DNA of 64,000 nucleotides from Octopus sinensis (Eukaryota), in assembly GCF_006345805.1 (NCBI RefSeq), contig NC_043011.1:54696464-54760463 (forward strand), written 5' to 3'. The notes under the pieces are model-generated. The model worked only from the letters and a program-made list of their open reading frames with translations. It was not told the origin of the DNA and did no database searches. Both the position numbers and the translations under genes were made by a program. Positions within the stretch are counted from its first letter, which is position 1, and each line of letters begins with the position of its first letter. This document shows, piece after piece, positions 11,882 through 25,800 of the stretch.

Positions 11882-14813
11882 CTACAAAACATAATCATCT
11901 AGAAGAGAATCAGGAATTTCATTTTGGATTTCATCAAAATCACTGCCAGACAATACTGTTGGCGATGTTTCGTTGGAGTCCTTGTTTTTAACGTTCGAGG
12001 TTTCTTCGCTAAGTTTCTGTTCAGTTTGTTGGTTGGCAAATTCAGGAATGGTGACCAGTTGTTCAATTTCTTCTAACAAAGCTTCTCTCTTTTCATCTAG
12101 AAGCAGCTACAAGACAAAGCAATAAACAATAATTAGATACACTGAACCCTTTTGATACCAATTCACCCAAGATCATCCTTCATTCTTATTTCTTTATTGC
12201 TCACAAGGGGCTAAACATAGAAGGGACAAACAAGGACAGACAAATGGTTAAAGTTGATTACATCGACCCCAGTGCGTAACTGGTATTTAATTTATCAACC
12301 CTGAAAGGATGAAAGGCAAAGTCGACCTTGGCAGAGTTTGAACTCAGAACATAAAGACAGACGAAATACCTATTTCTTTACTACCTGCAAGGGACTAAAC
12401 ATAGAGGGGACAAATAAGGACAGACAATGGTATTAAGTCGATTATATCGACCCCAGTGTGTAACTGGTACTTAATTTATCGACCCCGAAAGGATGAAAGG
12501 CAAAGTCGACCTCGGCTGAATTTGAACTCAGAACGTAAAGACAGACGAAATACCGCTAAGCATTTTGCCCGGTATCCTAACGTTTCTTATTTCTTTACTA
12601 CCCACAAGGGGCTAAACATAGAGGGGACAAACAAGGGAGGCAAACGGATTAAGTCAATTATATCGACCCCAGTGCGTAACTGGTACTTAATTTATCGACC
12701 CCGAAAGGATGAAAGGCAAAGTCAACCTCGGTGGAGTTTGAACTCAGAACGTAAAGACAGACGAAATACCGCTAAGCATTTTGCCCGACATGCTAACGAG
12801 TCTGCCAGCTCGCTGCCCCGAGACCACCCTTCATTCTGTGATATCTAGGATATAAGCTTTGTTTTTTTAAGCTGAACAAAACTAAAAGCTTCCATCAAAA
12901 TTCCAAGTTACTTTACGTCCTGAACATCAGATGAATAATGACAAAGTTATACGAATAAGTTCTTCATTTTTTTCAAAATAAATTGAAACAAAACAATGCA
13001 TTTTAACAGAAATGGACTGAAATATCTGAGGAAATATAAAAGCCGTACCAATTTATTACAATAAAGCATAGGAATAGTTAGGTAGTGGTAGCTATAGTGG
13101 TATGAAAACAGATGTAGAAATGTTGTAGTTTATGTCATAGTATATAGTAGTGATAAAGAGGCGTGGTAGTGCTTATAGTGGTGTGATAATAGACTGGATG
13201 AAAGCTGGACGATGGAACCAATAGGATAAGAAGATAAAGCACAAAGAATGAGTGAGAGTAAGAGAAAGAGCGAGAAAAAAAAGATCATGTTGTGGTCATT
13301 TGGTAACTTATTTACCTGCGCTGAAGCGATAATCTGTCGAGCAAGTTTCTTGGACATGTGTTCTATATCTTTCACCAAATCCTTCACGCTAGCTTTGGCT
13401 ACGAGTGCCAACGTTTTATAGCCAGCATTATACAGCTGGTGAGCACGGCCCTGAAACAGAAACAAAGCAAAGATATTGGTCAGTTAATGAGAGCACTTAC
13501 ATAGGCGTAGGAGTGGCTGTGTGGTAAGTAGCTTGCTTACCAACCACATGGTTCCGGGTTCAGTCCCACTGCATAGCACCTTGGGCAAGTGTCTTCTACT
13601 ATAGCCTCGGGCCGACCAAAGCCTTGTGAGTGGATTTGGTAGACGGAAACTGAAAGAAGCCCGTCGTATATATATATATATGTATATGTGTGTGTATGTG
13701 TTTGTGTGTCTGTGTTTGTACCCCCAGCATTGCTTGACAACCGATGCTGGTGTGTTTACATTCCCGTAACTTAGTGGTTCGGCAAAAGATGCCGATAGAA
13801 TAAGTACAAGGCTGACAAAGAATAAGTCCTGGGGTTGATTTGCTTGACTAAAGGTGATGCTCCAGCATGGCCGCAGTCAAAATGACTGAAACAAGTAACA
13901 GAGTACAGAGTATATAAACACACATATATACATTTAGTGTTAGGAAGGGCATCCAGCCGTAGAAACCATGCCAAATCAGATGAAATAAACGAGGACTCCA
14001 TTCAAGTCTATGTTCTTTTCTTTCTTAATATTGATGTGCTCTTTATATTATGTTGCAGCCCTCCTCAGGATGCATAGGATCTTATATGATCACACAACGG
14101 TGAGTGTTTAATCCTTTAGCATTTAATCCAGCCATATCTGGCCCAAATATTCTACTAGCTTTTTTATGCTAAAACTGGCTTGATCCCACCTCTCACACCT
14201 ACCCTACTATGTCATTCTAAAAATTTTACAAGTACACCATTGAAATCTAGAAGCTCTAAGATACTCTTTACTCTTTCCTTGTTTCAGTCATTTGACTGTG
14301 GCCATGCTGGAGCACCATCTTTAGTCAAGCAAATCGACCCCCAGGACTTATTCTTTGTAAGCCTGGTACTTATTCTATTGGTCTCTTTTGCCAAACTGCT
14401 AAGTTACGGGGACGTAAACACACCAGTATCGGTTGTCAAGCGATGTTGGGGGAACAAACACAGACACACAAACATATACACACAGACATACATATATATA
14501 TACATATATACAACAGGCTTCTTTCAGTTTCCATCTACCAAATCCACTCACAAGGCTTTGGACACTTGCCCAAGATGTCACGCAGTGGGACTGAACCTGG
14601 AATCATGTGGTTCGTAAGCAAGCTACTTACCACACAGCCACTCCTACGTCTATGATTAATTCAAAACAATGTGAATAACTAGGATTACATTTGACAAAAG
14701 AAATCAGAATGCTAAAGGGTTAACGTGATTAACAGCAATATGAGGTGAAACCTGAAGGGTAAAATCTTTTCATACTGAGCACAACCATTCCTCTGTGTGT
14801 GTGTGCGTGTGTG

Positions 14814-14846
<33 letters not shown>

Positions 14847-15488
14847 ATGTGTGCGCTACTGTCTTCTTGCTTTGATATTTTGTGATAGTTGTAAGCAACT
14901 GTCAACCTCATTCAAACAGTGTCTTTCATTTCCAACCTTCTGTGAGATGTCTGGTTGGGGAGATGGGAGGGGCGCTGATATTACCTTGCCTGGAAACAGG
15001 TGAATGTTGTTGGTGACAGGAAGCAAATTCCATCAGAAGCAATGATACAGAGAAACGGGGACATTAAACAATGACGATGGTGATGACGACGAAGAACTAT
15101 CATCATGACCACCTCTATGTCAACTGACGATAAAACTTAACCCAGACAACAGACAACAAGATGAGATGATGCTTACCTTTTTCACTCCAGGTATCTCTAT
15201 CAGTGGAATAAGATCAAGAATGGTGCTGTATGACAGTTGCTGAATGAATGGCTCAAATAAGGCACTGAGGCCCCAGAATTCTTTCATTTCCTGCAATATT
15301 TACAAAGATTCTTTCACAATATGTCAACAACACATTATTATCTACATTATTTACATTTGATGGATATTTGTCCTCATCTTGTTTGTTGTTAACACAACGT
15401 TTCGGCTGTTATATCCTCCAGCCTTCTTCAGGTGTCTTGAGGAAATTTCGAACCTGGGTTCTCATTCCTAGGGTATTTTTCGATGTTA

Positions 15489-15521
<33 letters not shown>

Positions 15522-16124
15522 GTGTTCAGGTCACTGCTTGGAATTGAACTCGGAATCTTGGGGTTAGTAGCCCGCACTCTTAACCACTACGCCATATGCC
15601 GTGGGTCAGGTTCAAAATTTCCCCCAAGACTCCTGAATAAGGCTGGAGAGTATATCAGCTGAAACGTTGTGTTAGCAACAAACAAGATGAAGACAAATAT
15701 CCATGAAATGTAAATAATGTAAATAATGTACATAATTCCTCATCTCTTAAATACAGAACTACATTATTATTTGTTTTATAAATTACAAAATTCTAACTGA
15801 TTAGCATTTTGATTACACCGTCAAATGTAATGCTTATTATTTCCATTGTTTTTAATTAATAATTCATTATCCCATAGCTTTAAGATTTCAATGTTGTGAT
15901 TACTTTTAGAATGATATCGTCCATGCCAGTGTCACATAAAAAGCACCCGCTACTCTCTCGGAGTGGTTGGCATCAGGAAGGGCGTCCAGCCATAGAAACC
16001 ATGCCAAACCAGATTGGAACCTGGTGCCACTCTCCAGCTTACCAGTTTCAGTCAAATTGCCCAACCCATTCCAGCATGGAAAGCAGACGCTAAATGATGA
16101 TGGTGATGGTGATGGTGATGGTGG

Positions 16125-16164
<40 letters not shown>

Positions 16165-16244
16165 AAAGATGATGATGATGATGGTGATGATGATGATGAT
16201 GATGATTATGATGGTGATGATGATGGTGGTGATGATGATGGTGG

Positions 16245-16291
<47 letters not shown>

Positions 16292-18813
16292 GTGGTGGTG
16301 ATGGTGATGATGTTGATGATGATGATGATGATAATGATTGTAGGGTAGCAAAGTTAGATCTGGCCAGTTTGAACATAAGACAGGAAAGATATTTTGACCA
16401 GATGTGGTCAGTTTACATACTGCTAAAGTGTTAAACCAGTGGTTCTCAATTTGGGGTGTCCATATGATCCCTAAATTACTACTGTGGATCCCCATCATTG
16501 TCGTTTAATGTCCGCTTTCCATGCTGGCATGGGTTGCATGGTTTGACTAAGGGCTGGCAAGCTACAAGGCTGCGCCAGGCTCCAATCCGATCTGGCAAAG
16601 TTTCTACAGCTGGATGGTCTTCCTAACGCCAACCACTCCCACTACACTCATGGAGTGTTTGGTGTTAGGAAAGGCATCCAGCTGTAAAAACTCTGCCAGA
16701 TTGGATTGGAGCCTGGCGGTGCCTTCTAGCTTGCCAGCCTTCAGTCAAACCGTCCAACCCATGCCAGTATGGAAAGCAGACATTAAACGATGTTGGGGAT
16801 CCACAGTAGTAATTTAAGGGTCCATGAAAAAATGTTACATTGGATGTATTTACAGCAAGAAACAACAAGGGTTTCTTTCTCTGACTTTTTACAGAGTTCA
16901 ACTTATTTTGGGTGTTAAACAAAATAAGAATTTTGAAAGAAGAATCTATAAAACTAGTTTTTAAAAATCAAATGGCTTTAGGGGTCCAACAGAATAGAAT
17001 AGAAATCAAAGGGGTCCATAGATAAAAAAAATTGGTTGAGAACCCCTGGGTTAAACGAAAAAAAAGAACTAACTTGAAACTTACATTTATGCTTGGTTTT
17101 ATGTAATTTCAGTGAATCTACATTTTACACATTAACAATTAGCAACGCAGGTTTTTCATTTATGTTATGGACCTGATTTCTTGAGGATTTTAAAAGATGG
17201 TAGGTAACCAAACTTGGAATTTAAATCAAGATAATGCCAATAAAAACAATGAAGCAGACATATTATAAAATTTAAAGGCAGCTTCGGGTTTCACAGTTTG
17301 TGCAAGAACCACCATGCATATAGAGAAAAAAATGCTCTCCAAATTTCTAATATTTAAACTTTCATACATACTGTTGATACCTTGGCATTAGGAAGGGCAT
17401 CCAGCCACAGAAAACCATGCCAATTCAAACTGGAGTCTGGTGCAGCATCCCACCATCCCAGCCCAGGCAAACCATTCAACCCATCGCAACATTGGACTAT
17501 GGATGTTAAATGATGATGATGATGATGATACCAGCATGGAAGGTGGATGTTAAACAATGAAGATGATGATGATGATGATGATGATGATGTGCAAGAATTC
17601 AAAGGAACGTTGTTTACGCATATGTAACATGCACAAACCTTGCAGAAGTAAGAAATGCATGTAGCAAAACTCGAAGCACTGCTGACCAGATTCTGCACAA
17701 AACCTCTTGGCACTTGGAAGATTTCAGCCACTTCCCAGATGGTCTTCTGTTTCCACACTTCAAACAGCATCAGGGTTAGATAAAATCTGTTCACAGCAAA
17801 TTCATCAACAGACTACAAGATAAACAACAGAGAAAAAGAAAAATTGTGGCAACGAGTCATACAGTCTTCAGATGCTGAAATTTTGAAAGATATTATTTAC
17901 ATTATTTACATTCGATGAATATTTGTCCTCGTCTTGTTTGCTGTTAAAACGTTTCGGCTGATATACCCTCCAGTCTTCATCAGGTGTCTTGAGGAAATTT
18001 CAAACCTGGGTTCTCATTCCTAAGGTATTTTTTGATGTTATTATTATTATTATCATTCAGGTCACTGCCTGGAATCGGATTCAGAATCTTGGGATTAGTA
18101 GCCTGCACTCTTAACCACTATGCCATGTGCCCACGTAATGTTCTCTTTCTCACACACACACTACAATGCTTACAGAAGGCTACTGAATTGTAATCTCTAT
18201 GTTGCTTGAGGGGAAGGTAAAACTTGACAAACTGCTTCTCCCTCTGTTGTTGGACTACAGTGGTGTTTGTTTAAAAGAGAGAGATTATGACTGTGATAAA
18301 ATAATGAAAGCAATATTTACTAAGCAAGTGAGCACTATTATACAAAGAAATAGACATAAAATATAATTGGGAATCAAATGTGAAAATATTATCAAGAGAC
18401 TAGCAGAAAACAGCCTGGAGGGCAGTCTTTCTGCTATTTCAATGAATAATTTTTTTACATTAGAATAAACTGTGGGTTTTACAAATAGCAAATTAAAACT
18501 TGAAATTAAAACATTGAAATGAATATCTATTAAGTAATTATTAGTGAAAATAGAGGCAAGAGAGAGTGAGAGACTTGTAAATGAATAATATTGTTTATTA
18601 AACATTAAAATCTACTCTGCAGTGAATGCAATGAATATTTAAATTTGTGAAAAACTTGTAGTCCAAATATTCAGTAAACTTCAGAAATCAAATTTACCCG
18701 GAATTTCTTGGAACATGAATTTATAAAATATTTCCAGACAGTCAAGTCTTTGATAATTGCTTTCTGTTAGTAACTATAACATACCAAATTAATAAGCATC
18801 TTTCTCCACTATA

Positions 18814-18860
<47 letters not shown>

Positions 18861-20392
18861 TATACACTCTCCCAAAATTGTGGAGGCACATGGCCTAGTG
18901 GTTAGAGCAGCGGACTTGCAGTCAAGGGATCGTGGGTTCGAATCTCAGACCGGGCGAAGTGTGTGTTTATGAGCGAAACACCTAAACTCCACACAGTTCC
19001 GGCAGAAGGTAATGGCGAACTTCTGCTGACTCGTTGGCCAAAACTTTCTCCCACTCTTTCCTCCTGCATCTTACAGCTCACCTACAATGGACCGGCATCC
19101 CGTCCAGGTGGGGAACCTATACGCCAAGGAAACCGGGAAACTGGCCCTTATGAGCCAGGCATGGTTCGAGAAGGAACAAACAAACTCTCCCAAAATTGCT
19201 GGCCCTGCGCCAAAATTTGAAACCTGTATTAAAATACTTTTTTAACAGTTCTTACCTGTTTCACCACTTGACCAGAAGCTTTCCGAGCTACAAAGTTCAC
19301 AGTGACCCCCATGTGATTGGCAACAGAGAGTTCATCTGATTTTAGGCTACTCAGCTGAAAATATATACATACAACAGACAGCCATACATTAATACACATA
19401 TATATACTGTTAAAACTGAGATGTGAATAAACAATTTCTTAGCAAATTCTTTTGGTCATTCCATTGTCTGTGGAATTGCCAACAAAATTCAATTGATATC
19501 ATCACCATCATCGTCATTTAATGCCCTCTTCCCATGCCGGCTTGTGTTGATCAGTTTGAAAAGAGCTAGCAAGCCAGAGGGGAGTGCCAAGTCCCACTCT
19601 CTGCTTTGGCATGGTTTTCTCAGCTGGATACTCTTCCTAACACCAACCACTTTCCAGAGTGTGTTGGATGCTTTGTTTACATGGCACCAGGACCAATGCG
19701 GTCACAAAGTAACCCACAATACTACTCCTTCCCGACTCAACTGACATGGGGAATAGTCCTGATGGAGGTGGCTTTGTGCCAGGTGATGAGAGGTTAATGC
19801 ATGATAGGGGGACAAAAAGAGGTGCCTTGCTGCTTCACTTGGAAGAGAGGGGGTGAGAGAGAGAAACAGGGACAGACAGATAGACCAACAGATACAGAGA
19901 AAAGATGGTGGTGAAGATGTGTCAGTGTATGCTCTCAAGGTACGGAAAAAAGGTTAAGGTTACCAAGGTTGCCTTACTGGCACATGTGCCAGTGGCACGT
20001 AAAAAAATAACATTTGAGTGTGGTCGTTACCAGTGCCGCTGGACTGGCTCCCATGCAGGTAGCATGTGAAAACACCTTTGAGTGTGGTCGTTGCCAGGAC
20101 CACCTGACTGGCCCTCATGCCGGTGGCACGTAAAAACACCCACTACACTCTCAGTGTGGTTACTGTTAGGAAGGGCATCCAGCTGTAGAAACACTGCCAG
20201 ATCTGTCTGGGCCTGGTGCAACCTTCTGGCTCACCAGTCCTCAGTCAAACCGTCTAACAAAGAGACAGATGCAGGGGTCTTTCAACAACAGAGGGGGCAT
20301 CAAAGGAAGAGATCCAATATCAAATAATGAAAGGTTAGAGTGTAAAAGAGAAATAGAGAGGCAGAAATAGGTGTCTTGCTATAGAGGGGGTA

Positions 20393-20442
<50 letters not shown>

Positions 20443-20803
20443 TACAGGAAAGAGGCCAGAAACATGTATAAGTATAATGAAAATATACAAAGTCAGAAAC
20501 TAAAGAACCTGAGCCCAACTAATAAGCCATACCTGTTTGAAATAAATTATCCAAGAAGGTGTTATTGTAGAGACAATGTCATAGGGCGTTGTAAGGGCCA
20601 GCATGTGTAAATAGTTGGACACAACCAACATCTCAGTGGACTTCTTTAAATCATTATACAGCTTGTTACTGATATCAATATCAATGGACCCTGAAATAGA
20701 AAGGTTACACAATGTACGTGTATTTAAGGAGAGTAGTGTGAAGCAGGAATAATACTACAATTACACCTACTATTGTACAGGTAACGAGAAAAAGTAAATG
20801 AGG

Positions 20804-20862
<59 letters not shown>

Positions 20863-21253
20863 TTATATATAAAAGAAAGGTTGTGTGTCTGTCTACTCCG
20901 ATTTAGATTCCTAACTACTCCCACATTTTGCAGTGCAGTTTAACCAAAACCGGGTATCTTATAGTCGTGATTCATATCGAGCCCTTCTGGGTATAAGCGC
21001 ACGTCTACAATGAGTCTACGATTTTAAAAATAATTTACGATCATTTTTTTCCATTTTAATGCATATTTTTTTAATATAAGGGAAGTAACTCTCTAAAAAT
21101 GTCTACGATGAGTCAACGATTTAAAAAAAAATCTACCATAATTATTTTTTCCATTTTTAATGCATTTTTTGCTATTTTTTGGCTATAACTCTCTAAAAAT
21201 GCTTTAAAGTTATTTCCCTTACAAACCCGAGCAAAGCCGGGCGATACTGCTAG

Positions 21254-21285
<32 letters not shown>

Positions 21286-22798
21286 GTTGAAAAAAGATTA
21301 GAGATCTATAGGAATCAAATTTTTATGTATAAAAGATGGAAATGGAAATAGCACAGAAGTAAGTTTAAAACATTTCAATTTAGGAGGGAATTTAATAACC
21401 TCCATCTTTTATGTGTGTGTGTGCGTGTGCATGTGTGTGTGTGTTTGCCCCCCCCCCATCACTGCTTGACAATCAATGTTGGTACCATCTACTACCTGTC
21501 ATTTGCATCTCTTCTCCATTACCGTAAGGCTTTGCTTCCTGATTGTGCTCCAGTCTGGACAATCCGATCCAACCCATTAGACTCGGAGGTCTGACTTGCA
21601 GTGGTTCAGTGGGCTAAAGACCGTTGTAGTGACCAGCAAGTTGTTGGTTTTACATTGGAGTGGCCATCTTCAATACCTAAAATACCTCACACGCCTGGAG
21701 AGCTCTAACTGGTGTTGCTGGAAGGGTGCCAAAGAGGGTACTGGACCACCTTAGAAACTCCACCCCGTGATCTGCAGCTGAAGGTGACTCCTTCAGCCTT
21801 TTCTTTTCTCAAGGCACTCACAAACCAAAGAGGATTTATGCCCAGACTTTCTTCCATAACATGCTAATTTACCCACAGCCAGGACTGGACAAATGTAACT
21901 ACTCCAGGTCAGTGAAGACCTGGAAACAACAGTGGCCAAGAGATGGTTCCAAACTCCTCAAAACCTTGGAACTCCTGAATCAGGGACCGCTACGGGATGC
22001 AGTTTAAAGTTAAACAAAGGACAAATATTGAAAATTAAGTCAGCATTAACCTACCTTTATATACTGCCCTTCCTAAATCACTGATATCCAAATTAAAATT
22101 AGCAGAACTGGAACTGTTTTCTGCTTTATCATCAGCATTTTCTACAGGTGAAGCAGTATTTCGTTTCTGTTTAACAAGGCCCAAGTCCAGCAGGGACTGA
22201 AGGCAGTTTTTCGTTTGTTCATTCATATCACATTCCAGTTCTTTACTTTGGACACTCAACAAGCTATTAGAGATTATTGCAAAGAGACTTGAAACATCTG
22301 TAGCAATCTGTGAAGAGAATCAAAAAAAATTCTTCGATATTTTTATATAAAACTTCCACAAATAGTGTCATACGTTTAAATTGATCGTTATCATCATCAT
22401 CATATTTTAAAAACGCCCAATGACAATTAGGGTTCAGCTGAATAAAATAGGAATCAAGGGTCCATAGTTACAAGAATTGGTTGAGAACTGTTGTTCTAAT
22501 TCCACTGCTAATATTTTACTGTGAAACAGTATTCTATTTTCCCTTATACAGGCATACCTTAACTTAGCAACTTCAGTTGTTTTGAGTTATTTCTTTTTTG
22601 ACTGTCATTTTTTTAATGAAATTAATGGAAAAAAATAAAGGAGTGGCTGTGTGGTAAGTAGCTTGCTTACCAACCACATGGTTCTGGGTTCAGTCCCACT
22701 GCATGACACCTTGGGCAAGTGTCTTCTACTATAGCCTCGGGCCAACCAAAGCCTTGTGAGTGGATTTAGTAGACGGAAACTGAAAGAAGCCTGTCGTA

Positions 22799-22865
<67 letters not shown>

Positions 22866-25800
22866 TTGTGTCTGTGTTTATCCCCCCAACATCACTTGAC
22901 AACCGATGCTGGTGTGTTTACATCCCCGTAACTTAGCAGTTCAGCAAAAGAGACCGATAGAAGAAGTACTAGGCTTACAAAGAATAAGTCCTGGGGTCGA
23001 TTTGCTCGAGTATAGGCGGTGCCTCAGCATGGCCAGTCAAATGACTGAAACAAGTAAAAGAAATAACAAAAAAGACTCAATTTTCAAAAAGCTTTCTTCA
23101 TATTATGTTGTTTCTCAAGTAAAGTTCCATGTTTTGGAATCGTTTACCTGTGTAAGCTGAGGTATGCCTGTCCTGCTTTTCGTTCAAAGAGTGAAAGATT
23201 TTGATTCCCAGTCAGTTGACAGGTTGTCATCATCATCATTGTTTAATGTCTGCTTTCCGTGCTGGCATGGGTTGGACGGTTTGACTGGGGACTGGCAAGC
23301 CAGAAGGCTGTACCAGGCTCCAATCATTGATCTGGCAGTGTTTCTACAGCTGGATGCCCTTCCTAATGCCAACCACTCCAAGAGTATAGTGGGTGCTTTT
23401 TACATGTCACTGGCACAGGAGCCAGTCAGGCAGCACTGGCATCTGCCACGTTCAGATGGTGATTTTTACATGCCACTGGCAGAGGAGCCAGTTGGGGCAG
23501 GGTGGCTAGTATCAACCATGTTCAGATAGTGCTTTTTACATGCCACTGGCATGGGGAGCCAGTCAGGTGGCACTGGCAACAGCCCACACATGAATGGTGC
23601 TCGTTGTGTGCCACCAGCACAAGACCCAGTCAGGTGGCACTGGCATCGGCCACAACTACAATTTCCATTTTAAAAAGCGCTATCCGAATCATGGCCGATG
23701 CCAGCCCCGCCTTGACTGGCTTCCGTGCCGGCGGCACGTAAAAAGCACCATCCGAATCGTGGATGATGCCAGTGCCGCCTCGACTGGCTTCCGTGCCGGT
23801 GGCACGTAAAATGCACCAATCTGATCATGACCGTTGCCAGCCTCGCCTGGCACCTGTGCAGGTGGCACATAAAAAGCACCCACTACACTCACGGAGTGGT
23901 TGGCGTTAGGAAAGGCATCCAGCTGTAGAAACACTGCCAGATCAGACTGGAGTCTGGTGCAGCCTTCTGGCTTCCCAGATCCCCGGTCGAACCGTCCAAC
24001 CCATGCTAGCATGGAGAACGGACGTTAAACGATGATGATGATGATGATCGTGATTTTAATTTTTGATTTTACTTGTCTCAATTAGAATAAACCAACGGAA
24101 TGGCAAATCTTTAGCTGAAAGCTTATGGTGGAATTGTGATTACCTGAAGACCAACAAGAGACAGGATTAGCAATCGAATCCCTTTGCCATCATCAAATGC
24201 CAGACTGCTGTGGCAACTTTCCATTGGCTTACTGATCAGATCTTTAACCTGAAGGAAGACAAAATAGGAAAAATAAAAACAAAAACAAAAAAAAAAACAT
24301 TACAGACTTAATAAATGAATTTCATCATCATCGTCATCGTCATCATCATCATTATTGTTTTAATGTCCATTTTCCCACGTTCGTATGGGTCAAATGGAAT
24401 TTTCTCTAGTTGGATGCCCTTCCTGTCATCAACCCTGACCTGTCTCCAAGCAAGGAGAAACATATCTGGCCCCCGTGTTTCCCACAAAAGACTGGAAGTG
24501 TACACCCTCACTTACACGACAATGATACTCATTTATGACCATTACATAATGTCAAGACAAGAATACACACACACACACACATATATATAGATACATACAC
24601 ACACACACTTACACATACATACATACATACACACATGTGTGCGCACACGCAATAGGTCTTTACCAGTTTCATCATTATCATCATCATCATCATCATTTAA
24701 TATCCGTTTTCCATGCTGGCATGGGTTGGACAGTTTGACTGAGGAATGGTAAGCTAGGGAGCTGCACCAGGTTCCAATCTGATTCGACACGGTTTCTGTT
24801 GGAAATGTTCAGCTTTCTTGAAGTCGCATCGATACAACACCCACCCATATATCCTTTCCTACTCTAGGGCACAAGGCCCGAAATTTTGGGGGAGGGGACC
24901 AGTCAATTAGATCAACCCCAGTATACAACTGGTACTTAATTTATCAACCCTGAAAGGATGAAAGGCAAAATCGACCCCTTTGTACATATTCACGCCAAAG
25001 TAAATTTAAGGTGAACATCTGAATAAATTATGTAAAAATATTTTTTTTACATCTTTAAGAATCCACAGAAATTTAGTTTGCAGAACCTTAACAAAACTCC
25101 TTACCTTTTCTTTGTCCCTTGGTGCAACTATCAGAATGCTTTCTCCTGATTCATCAATACCTGCTCTACCGGCTCTTCCAATCATTTGTAAATACCGAGA
25201 TCTGCTGATGAAGTTCTTACCGATATAAGGGCTGCGCAATATGACTCTAAGCAAAAAAAACAAAAATAAATATTTGAATCTTGTAATAGACGCTGCTCTA
25301 TAGTAAAAACTTATTAATATATTTAATATAAGGTGGCAACCTGGCAGAATCGTTAGCACGCCAGGGAAAAAGCTTAGCAGTATTTCATCGAGTTCTATAT
25401 TTAAGAGATGAGGAATTATTTACATTATTTACATTTGACGGATATTTGTCCCCATCTTGTTTGTTGTTAACACAACATTTCAGGTGATATACCCTCCAGC
25501 CTTCATCAGGTGTCTTGGGGAAATTTCCAACCTGGGTTCTCATTCCTAAGGTATTTTTCGATGTTGTTGTTATTATTATTATTATTCAGGTCACTGCCTG
25601 GAATCAAACTCGGAATCTTGGAGTTTGTAGTCCGTGCTCTTAACCACTACGGGCATATGGCACAGTGGTTAAGAGCACAGGCTACTAACCCCCAAGATTC
25701 CGAGTTTGATTCCAGGTAGTGACATGAATGATAATAATAATAATATTGCATAAACCAGTAGATTGAGAGAAAGATGTACAATTATAAATTTACAAAGTAA

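Noticed and set aside
15967-16498. Poly-Asp, poly-His and poly-Met ORFs
   Set aside because: They are three readings of one (GAT)n expansion inside a HELQ intron.
18370-18480. piggyBac-like remnant ([15 protein letters not shown])
   Set aside because: Only a loose match to the DNFFTS motif over about 30 codons, with flanking stops.
23390-23830. Repeat-spacer-like array resembling CRISPR
   Set aside because: The units are degenerate tandem repeats with related 'spacers', embedded in a LINE 3'UTR; the context is eukaryotic and there are no cas genes.
25652-25730. Stand-alone tRNA genes (also 2701-2776, 18885-18955, 33465-33540)
   Set aside because: A and B boxes are present but there is no intact cloverleaf or T-run terminator; each continues into a SINE body.
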